From NCBI GenBank assembly GCA_964019335.1, contig OZ025704.1, positions 62,001 to 126,000 of the forward strand: a stretch of 64,000 nucleotides of DNA. Direction: 5' to 3'. The DNA is from Diplonema japonicum. Its lineage: Eukaryota; Protista; Euglenozoa: Diplonemea. The notes under the pieces were generated by a model, which worked only from the letters and a program-made list of their open reading frames with translations, did no database searches and was not told the origin of the DNA. Shown here piece after piece: positions 61,301-64,000 of this stretch (positions within the stretch are counted from its first letter, which is position 1; each line of letters begins with the position of its first letter). The position numbers and the translations under genes were made by a program.

Positions 61301-64000
61301 CTATGTTACCATCAATACAGTCCCTGCCATCATGAAAATCACAGGCTGTGCCGACTCTGATCATAGTAACCACACGTACGACTGCCGCAGGACCAACGGG
61401 CAGACCATTACCCTTTATGGCATGTTCTTTGGGTTACCTGGGCAGGATCTGCAGATATGGTTCGGCGGTGAACGTGACAGGCTGGAGGAGACAGCTATCA
61501 AATGCCTGGAACCATTCAGGATCTCTGAGAGTCACATCCGCTGCCTCAAGTACCGCGGTGAAGGTCACAACCTCATTGTGCGTGTCGAAGTGAACGGGGA
61601 GATCAGTGGCGGGCGCAACATGCATCCACTGTGGCGCGACACCTACGATGAGGACTTTATGATTTCTTTCGAGAGGGCACCAATAGTCACGTCTGTCGAG
61701 GGCTGTGCGGACTCCGTCTCTGACTTCATGTCGACCTTTCACTGTCCACTGGCTGGGTACGTCCCGCTCACTGTTCACGGAAAGTACTTCTCACCACCGC
61801 TGCAGCCCAACACCATCGGGCCCAAGGAACTTGGTGCTACCGTCCTGATTGATGACAAGCCTTGCAACCGCACTATGCACGTTGTCGGGTACGAAGACAT
61901 CATGCTAGTGTGTGTGGAGTACCCTGGCATGGGTTTTGATAAAAACGTCAGCGTCCGTGTGCACAGTGGCTTCACCTCCACAGACAGGAACGCTCGTATG
62001 TCCTACGCCGAGGAGTGCCCCGGGAAACTGTCCGCGACAGTGTTCTGCAATGCGAACGGTGACTGTGATTTCGATACAGGTACATGCATCTGCAGGGCCA
62101 ACCTTGCAGATGGTTTCTGGAACGGTACTGCTTGCGAAGACTGTTCATTCGGGTACTGGGGCCACCATTGTCTTGACTCATGTGTGGGCGGGTCCTGCAA
62201 CCCATGCAGTGGCCATGGGACATGCGACATGGGTGTGCTGGGAAGTGGAAACTGTACTTGCCATGCGGATGCTGTCCTAGGGCACTGGCAAGGTGAGCTG
62301 TGCAGCCAATGCGTGAACGGGTTTTTCGGTAAAGACTGTTCCCAAAGCTGTCCTGGAGTGAATGATACCTGCTCAGGCCACGGGCGCTGCTTTGGAGGAA
62401 GATTCGGGTCTGGCACCTGTGAATGTGACTCAGGGTGGGGGCCGGGCTTCTTCTCTGGAATCGATTGCTCAGACTGCTTGGACGGTGTGTGGGGCCTGGA
62501 ATGCCGCGCCCCTTGCCCGGGGGGTATTAGCAACCCTTGTGGTGGACTCCGTGGGACCTGCCACTCAGGCCGTCAAGGTAATGGCACATGTAACTGCCTT
62601 ACTGGTTATTATTCGCTAGATTGCACGGAAGAGTGCCCTGGGGGCAGTCAAAACCCGTGCAGCGGTAATGGGATGTGTTTCTATGACGAGGAGATGGGAC
62701 GATCTCTGTGCGTCTGCGACAATGGGTTTGCCGGACCAAAGTGCGACCTCGTGTGCGCAGGGGCCCCTGAAGGGCCGTTCTGCTCTGGCCACGGGGCGTG
62801 TGATGTTGGATCAGCAGGTACTGCCACTTGTGGCTGCTCAGGCAACTGGGGACCTGTCAATTTGTTCGACACGGCAACGCTCACGCTGCGCAACAACCCC
62901 AACCCGCTGCTGTGTGACCAGTGCAACCCTGGTTTCTTCGGAGACAACTGTCAGATCGAGTGCCCCGGAGGGCTTAACAACACGTGCTCGCTGCACGGTT
63001 ACTGCAACACCACATCAGGAAGCTGCGTGTGCAATGAGCGGTTTGCAGGAGTGAACTGCCACATACCCTGCGATGGGTTGGGTGGTGCCATCTGCTCAGG
63101 GCACGGCAGCTGCTACTCTGGTGTTGATGGAGATGGTTCGTGCACGTGCTATGCTAGTGCAAGCCAGGGCTACTGGACAGGCGCACATTGCTCTGAGTGT
63201 CTGTATGGGTACTATGACTCAACGTGTGCGGAAGAGTGTCCTGGGGGTGGTTCCAACCCTTGCTCGGGGCATGGATCCTGCTTGGGTTCTGTGTCAACAA
63301 CAACAGCAAACTGTTTTTGCACGGGCGACTGGTACGGTGGAGACTGTAACTGTGCGTTGAACACCACAAGCCTGACTAATGCCGAGATAGCCTCTTATGA
63401 CATTGCCTACCAGTACCACGTGCGGAACTGCACCTCTACACAGTGCACAAACAACAACACTGGCACCATCCACATGGGTGTATGGGGGTTTGCATGCGAC
63501 AAAGAATGCCGCGGAGGTGCTGCCACACCCTGTTCGGACCATGGAGTCTGCTCATATGGCCGTGGCGGTTCAGGTGAGTGTCAGTGCAACCAAGGATGGA
63601 GCGGCTGGTCGTGTGAGTACTTATGCCCTGGTGGGGAGGCCAACCCTTGCAACGTACTGACAGGGAATGGGTACTGCCCTGGCGGTCTTGATGGATTGAA
63701 CGGAACATGTATATGCAATCCAGGATTTGCCTCAACCGACTGCAGTATAGAATGCCCTAGTGGGTATCGCAACCCGTGCAGCCTGCACGGCACGTGTGAC
63801 GATGGTGTGGCTGGGTTAGGGATTTGCAACTGCTACCCTGGCTATGCGACCTACGACTGCAGTGTTCCCTGTCCGGGGGTCATCAATAGCACCATTGTGT
63901 GCTCCGGGAATGGGTTCTGCAGGGATGGACGCTTGGGGAACGGTGCATGTGAGTGCGACGGAAACTTCAATGGGACAAATTGCGAGGACTGCCTCCCGCT
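43377..64000 (+). CDS. Giant secreted/surface protein, 3'-truncated (>6,870 aa): signal peptide, Thr/Ser stalk, ~39 beta-rich ~135-aa modules, 3 IPT/TIG-like modules, EGF/laminin-EGF repeats
   Basis: ATG 43377 MDGYRLMHVVAVWVALL; no stop seen in this frame and no terminated ORF in this frame in the track; recurring V(W/Y)L.FTP..T.VG motif; P.I..V.GC modules at about 61011, 61323 and 61680; CPG..NPCSGHG.C repeats from about 62014. Confidence 0.9.
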   Translation, partial: MDGYRLMHVVAVWVALLGPGGVMSVTPTVTHTLSETVTLNSLSESFTVTLDTGSLTVSLPSGTVTSTMTGSLTSSVTSTMTLTLPTQSASQTESFTATSTVSLPTATETFTLHTLTASQSATLTDSITVTLPTSSGTASLTSTPSVTVTIPTQTATSSYTETHSLTVSQSPQVANITAVFGSAITVSSGQDATFSFAVTSSMVTRGEEHVRFPVSDVEAGTLVRWAYNETSEYYLCPLESSQVSYICRFNTSFTSNTQVYWLKVVPLQSTAGPWGAQFIVDARYAAAATVLTDVDVQAYLTLGTPHVFPSGTVTAGTAVSVHYEVTSTATTTTGGTITFDAWAAQDSILSFGTTESSTASTSCTDSNGTLICTASTLFTFSSESSTHIWFFFTPANDTIGLLNGTFTFSNTYFSTATSVPYIYVTGAFSLLDVAAEVTPSAPQPVYQPLRAHFKVHFTGNLASSFTITVATSYFRTRLRHNSVASGYGSTFCRTSGTNYLCEITSSSESVDPFRDLYIMFEPATTLLGLTDIPFLFTANGYTSITFTLEILVLGKFNLESSRAIAEPVVVTPGNLLEASFVMAATAEATEDEEILVSFSNGLRPHSLTWVHNATAARASCDLGVDGRYVCNGDGKLLAGSSGTATQTIKIYAEGAEMLGKAGPGYVAIEVRARQFETAFASASVAVLGDLTFVADSSEVVADAGSGAGATAILHYRVKGTARSVGGEEVLVPMGTVDDGGEVRWGLTSDVHAASICYRNGTSVAVCDLDGVKYSPHHEANVYLFITPEHAETDGDTLWAGSITFQADWFRAATDAPSVTVQGVLDAEAVEAEAWPTVARPGEWVLLSYEVGATSMTDGSEAVILSPSSAFYTGSVMFSLNGTGTTGGNREGSDSEWTTCTGALAASSTEVGCDLASAGTVFGDQANGTRPVWIRFRPAVGQGGHLNLAVKFFATNFTSSVQYPQVGVAGTVTVSASQVLPQVVPPKVEVAVLLVLDTSGNFTGASILVPTDAITEDSGVYLGAASVSDTEAERAAARSAATACTADSDREIRCSGITLSTGERNVALWLTPEPMTVGELNGTLRIVGDWVREATHKPNVTVRALLTAEADDDAVVPSPAVSGRPVRVKVSVATSGQDATDAELWIPDEKIETNRAVQWGTVTDQTQAKWCDNTTSTAGYRVCGLGTGGLTLTGTAQTIYVWLTPLNTTVGPLNMTARLVATDFAHDLVLPPIIVHGVFSASAYAPIAAVWSGESFWVRIRVSGTGWTVGAEHLRIASSKVVTGSVKRSSTWNAFSNLEACWTGSGGYSGYTVCTLNPNGTLDASTSVGLIGPDAEQETWVYFTPATTTVGSVFASSSSGFTLSAAYYEDLTVYVDLTVSGLLDPYAGFRPAEVLPSHAVAAGTPVRAHWGVGSTGSSGSNEALAIGVDKVEPGTVRYGFADSWAESTACALDQGWYSTTCRGCYYVCNLTASTPDSYAVWSESVTRHVWLFFEPKNTTAGELNATVRFTADNFVDGWDVPFVLVMGEMGLLEPAGVVEPSMPIAAVTPVRVHYRLRVSGSPEGTLYADIETAYLGKEPDSTQLRWSTDSEAWTSSPCLATTRGGTSVTACDLRTIYGLGADDRGARIVDVYLWFTPAWGTVGVLGATVTFYGENFLEATDVPYIYVLGKFNLESSRAIAEPVVVTPGNLLEASFVMAATAEATEDEEILVSFSNGLRPHSLTWVHNATAARASCDLGVDGRYVCNGDGKLLAGSSGTATQTIKIYAEGAEMLGKAGPGYVAIEVRARQFETAFASASVAVLGDLTFVADSSEVVADAGSGAGATAILHYRVKGTARSVGGEEVLVPMGTVDDGGEVRWGLTSDVHAASICYRNGTSVAVCDLDGVKYSPHHEANVYLFITPEHAETDGDTLWAGSITFQADWFRAATDAPSVTVQGVLDAEAVEAEAWPTVARPGEWVLLSYEVGATSMTDGSEAVILSPSSAFYTGSVMFSLNGTGTTGGNREGSDSEWTTCTGALAASSTEVGCDLASAGTVFGDQANGTRPVWIRFRPAVGQGGHLNLAVKFFATNFTSSVQYPQVGVAGTVTVSASQVLPQVVPPKVEVAVLLVLDTSGNFTGASILVPTDAITEDSGVYLGAASVSDTEAERAAARSAATACTADSDREIRCSGITLSTGERNVALWLTPEPMTVGELNGTLRIVGDWVREATHKPNVTVRALLTAEADDDAVVPSPAVSGRPVRVKVSVATSGQDATDAELWIPDEKIETNRAVQWGTVTDQTQAKWCDNTTSTAGYRVCGLGTGGLTLTGTAQTIYVWLTPLNTTVGPLNMTARLVATDFAHDLVLPPIIVHGVFSASAYAPIAAVWSGESFWVRIRVSGTGWTVGAEHLRIASSKVVTGSVKRSSTWNAFSNLEACWTGSGGYSGYTVCTLNPNGTLDASTSVGLIGPDAEQETWVYFTPATTTVGSVFASSSSGFTLSAAYYEDLTVYVDLTVSGLLDPYAGFRPAEVLPSHAVAAGTPVRAHWGVGSTGSSGSNEALAIGVDKVEPGTVRYGFADSWAESTACALDQGWYSTTCRGCYYVCNLTASTPDSYAVWSESVTRHVWLFFEPKNTTAGELNATVRFTADNFVDGWDVPFVLVMGEMGLLEPAGVVEPSMPIAAVTPVRVHYRLRVSGSPEGTLYADIETAYLGKEPDSTQLRWSTDSEAWTSSPCLATTRGGTSVTACDLRTIYGLGADDRGARIVDVYLWFTPAWGTVGVLGATVTFYGENFLEATDVPYIYVLGKFNLESSRAIAEPVVVTPGNLLEASFVMAATAEATEDEEILVSFSNGLRPHSLTWVHNATAARASCDLGVDGRYVCNGDGKLLAGSSGTATQTIKIYAEGAEMLGKAGPGYVAIEVRARQFETAFASASVAVLGDLTFVADSSEVVADAGSGAGATAILHYRVKGTARSVGGEEVLVPMGTVDDGGEVRWGLTSDVHAASICYRNGTSVAVCDLDGVKYSPHHEANVYLFITPEHAETDGDTLWAGSITFQADWFRAATDAPSVTVQGVLDAEAVEAEAWPTVARPGEWVLLSYEVGATSMTDGSEAVILSPSSAFYTGSVMFSLNGTGTTGGNREGSDSEWTTCTGALAASSTEVGCDLASAGTVFGDQANGTRPVWIRFRPAVGQGGHLNLAVKFFATNFTSSVQYPQVGVAGTVTVSASQVLPQVVPPKVEVAVLLVLDTSGNFTGASILVPTDAITEDSGVYLGAASVSDTEAERAAARSAATACTADSDREIRCSGITLSTGERNVALWLTPEPMTVGELNGTLRIVGDWVREATHKPNVTVRALLTAEADDDAVVPSPAVSGRPVRVKVSVATSGQDATDAELWIPDEKIETNRAVQWGTVTDQTQAKWCDNTTSTAGYRVCGLGTGGLTLTGTAQTIYVWLTPLNTTVGPLNMTARLVATDFAHDLVLPPIIVHGVFSASAYAPIAAVWSGESFWVRIRVSGTGWTVGAEHLRIASSKVVTGSVKRSSTWNAFSNLEACWTGSGGYSGYTVCTLNPNGTLDASTSVGLIGPDAEQETWVYFTPATTTVGSVFASSSSGFTLSAAYYEDLTVYVDLTVSGLLDPYAGFRPAEVLPSHAVAAGTPVRAHWGVGSTGSSGSNEALAIGVDKVEPGTVRYGFADSWAESTACALDQGWYSTTCRGCYYVCNLTASTPDSYAVWSESVTRHVWLFFEPKNTTAGELNATVRFTADNFVDGWDVPFVLVMGEMGLLEPAGVVEPSMPIAAVTPVRVHYRLRVSGSPEGTLYADIETAYLGKEPDSTQLRWSTDSEAWTSSPCLATTRGGTSVTACDLRTIYGLGADDRGARIVDVYLWFTPAWGTVGVLGATVTFYGENFLEATDVPYIYVLGKFNLESSRAIAEPVVVTPGNLLEASFVMAATAEATEDEEILVSFSNGLRPHSLTWVHNATAARASCDLGVDGRYVCNGDGKLLAGSSGTATQTIKIYAEGAEMLGKAGPGYVAIEVRARQFETAFASASVAVLGDLTFVADSSEVVADAGSGAGATAILHYRVKGTARSVGGEEVLVPMGTVDDGGEVRWGLTSDVHAASICYRNGTSVAVCDLDGVKYSPHHEANVYLFITPEHAETDGDTLWAGSITFQADWFRAATDAPSVTVQGVLDAEAVEAEAWPTVARPGEWVLLSYEVGATSMTDGSEAVILSPSSAFYTGSVMFSLNGTGTTGGNREGSDSEWTTCTGALAASSTEVGCDLASAGTVFGDQANGTRPVWIRFRPAVGQGGHLNLAVKFFATNFTSSVQYPQVVSLITVEVDDWRLSKDIVSQEEEIVYFVELKSATNVSDVKLLLPSDAIMSGKSIMIGSANRGDSTSVLSAARDNARVCSSYGTEIECGGVSIGGTNEDVAIWMTPVFQRQNYTIRIVGNYIREYNIAFPNVTVLAVNYLKSDAVVMPISAVHGTNISVHFSVATNHRSFGGEKLLVPANAVSDDGVKWSTSFSFNGTSCTGPVQAFRVNRESFNIPEYYVCNLDDAGITYSSKETEIYVLFTPLNTTVGPLGATFVFQASSFFDLENIPYIEVLGTVEEHRVYATPPYTFSGERVGITVGVRTSGSTTSTGEERISLPAAGVVPHSVRWSSDYNNFVLNMVSEGTACSLRGPDESDWAEYWICDVSANTTWNRLELEDVYLSFIPVTTTLRQWNHALRIDGKSMIGAGGIYVVPLEVTGLLTATYVRAAPSLYPQAGTKVSIHYTVKSTAVSSLAAGDERWLYVDSGSTELGLLAGRWREGVQWGTSLGVDGELAGGGACTLTMGNATHVYDSSGARPYVSGSYQVNGVTKWTTEPTELNHVWACNLSSIAYSPTTESDVWVSFIPANDTVGELNITMRFAADAFYDKVLTPYIRVWGKIGLLFPEVEVVPTHPVVGEVVRLQYHLSATAVADVKLWILEELVGRAPRWAYGTVETAGVWSSCVLTTHSEQAAWLCDLSSLGIGPEHENLDRNVYLDVLPANTTVGKYDLNVHVTADGFESEVSSPFIFVVGTVNVLQTRITSNENWQEEQALLVELSSTGYSRGSETVAFSDEYISEMSWNVSDTYKGKPCTHTDRWFYCNIRTVDYGDHVLGQSDEKNEDKNFWAQLTRPSKGNALQRHWLLSPTSLMFRFNFVAKTTVAGRFSVVGRVMASGFKETHFEEWAWQYGVIYPTVPEHYVREPWGTQPQMYSVIPSVPQKVTLGFTVAYQIMATGESHGGERILIPIDKTDGWAVWSTAELLDRELKDNVYSCPEHNATSPATHLTCNIGEIMRYGWDIHRADRPTKVWIYFLAVQDTLQYLDAKFLFEAHGFMRAEHVPEIKVLGYVDPEANAPVSVNGDVPSGTVASVKFMVNSSTTSVSGEVMYIHRSDVQYSSGVRWHPYHNVNETTSYPCVVVLSNFECDLEAGGFHFMHNQTQAVYLYFVPEITVKGAFTPDVYFTANNFTVEISKPYLTITSYLDIRPAQRWNASFPAISSGERIRLYYQLRPLTPASIRLTFPVTLFDVSGSDPTMLYPTISFVSYEDNNATTCQRPANLNIKTMYCDVYLAASVWNDVYIYLQPVVGQHDVTVTFSSTNFIDDTDRFNVTVLQTPVWTLSPLIPTTHEHIILTLTGSLDPLNIGLNTLLGEDSVKLIKNNQNCRDSSIPSHPGMWEIIELLPDPSDFGRTAYVHFTVDIAATYHVCYKLRDVDNYSPAFQQGTSSEKLTVAKVNPSGYTTSPHDALFQKVLVGEDVTFSFLGYGLNPDNAALTQQAVDPGNPNEGGGDHFKLVPWRALREDRFKSTLEFVGTLCHGQEPINGTYLVSDLNGTSEHTYLIQELAYPGTFAVCYRRRGGRWITFPQPLDVYPHHPVITRVSGCNDFDKLTLGCQSNGSTPLTIYGRFFGQPSMHYLRKVKVRVGTTWCGHVSHVSDGEVMCSGYQQQYDHLSKAEITVESYHSLRSVQPDFYVTINTVPAIMKITGCADSDHSNHTYDCRRTNGQTITLYGMFFGLPGQDLQIWFGGERDRLEETAIKCLEPFRISESHIRCLKYRGEGHNLIVRVEVNGEISGGRNMHPLWRDTYDEDFMISFERAPIVTSVEGCADSVSDFMSTFHCPLAGYVPLTVHGKYFSPPLQPNTIGPKELGATVLIDDKPCNRTMHVVGYEDIMLVCVEYPGMGFDKNVSVRVHSGFTSTDRNARMSYAEECPGKLSATVFCNANGDCDFDTGTCICRANLADGFWNGTACEDCSFGYWGHHCLDSCVGGSCNPCSGHGTCDMGVLGSGNCTCHADAVLGHWQGELCSQCVNGFFGKDCSQSCPGVNDTCSGHGRCFGGRFGSGTCECDSGWGPGFFSGIDCSDCLDGVWGLECRAPCPGGISNPCGGLRGTCHSGRQGNGTCNCLTGYYSLDCTEECPGGSQNPCSGNGMCFYDEEMGRSLCVCDNGFAGPKCDLVCAGAPEGPFCSGHGACDVGSAGTATCGCSGNWGPVNLFDTATLTLRNNPNPLLCDQCNPGFFGDNCQIECPGGLNNTCSLHGYCNTTSGSCVCNERFAGVNCHIPCDGLGGAICSGHGSCYSGVDGDGSCTCYASASQGYWTGAHCSECLYGYYDSTCAEECPGGGSNPCSGHGSCLGSVSTTTANCFCTGDWYGGDCNCALNTTSLTNAEIASYDIAYQYHVRNCTSTQCTNNNTGTIHMGVWGFACDKECRGGAATPCSDHGVCSYGRGGSGECQCNQGWSGWSCEYLCPGGEANPCNVLTGNGYCPGGLDGLNGTCICNPGFASTDCSIECPSGYRNPCSLHGTCDDGVAGLGICNCYPGYATYDCSVPCPGVINSTIVCSGNGFCRDGRLGNGACECDGNFNGTNCEDCLP
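45030..56290 (+). repeat. Intragenic tandem repeat, 3,342-bp (1,114-codon) unit x ~3.4
   Basis: Units start at 45030, 48372, 51714 and 55056; the ORF track repeats identically with a 3,342 offset; match ends at 56290. Confidence 0.97.

Overview
Eukaryotic protist DNA, most consistent with a euglenozoan such as a diplonemid (inference). About 19 host genes all lie head-to-tail on the + strand, separated by poly(A)/poly(T)/poly(G/C)-rich spacers and split by tiny (about 31-58 nt) GT-AG introns. Many of these introns are filled with poly(A) rather than a polypyrimidine tract. Genes: PACRG (3' part), a VPS10/sortilin-like receptor, a COPI-associated-like membrane protein, acid ceramidase/NAAA, a gamma-carbonic-anhydrase-like protein, PP4R3/SMEK, two hypotheticals, alkyl-DHAP synthase, an OSR1/SPAK-like kinase fused to a pseudokinase, two METTL21/22-type methyltransferases, a coiled-coil protein, glucosamine-6-P deaminase, an SCP/NIF phosphatase, two RS-rich paralogues, SAP18, a small secreted Cys-repeat protein, and a giant (>6,870 aa) surface protein containing an apparently exact 3,342-bp x3.4 tandem repeat. 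Mobile DNA: a decayed Sola2-like transposon in a PP4R3 intron, its non-autonomous derivative nested in a TIR element with a 6-bp TSD, and a piggyBac-derived MITE. The last SAP18 intron carries five alternating (A-B-A-B-A) single-hairpin RNAs with the geometry of AGA-box pseudouridylation guides. All calls come from reading the sequence and recalled family motifs; no searches were run.
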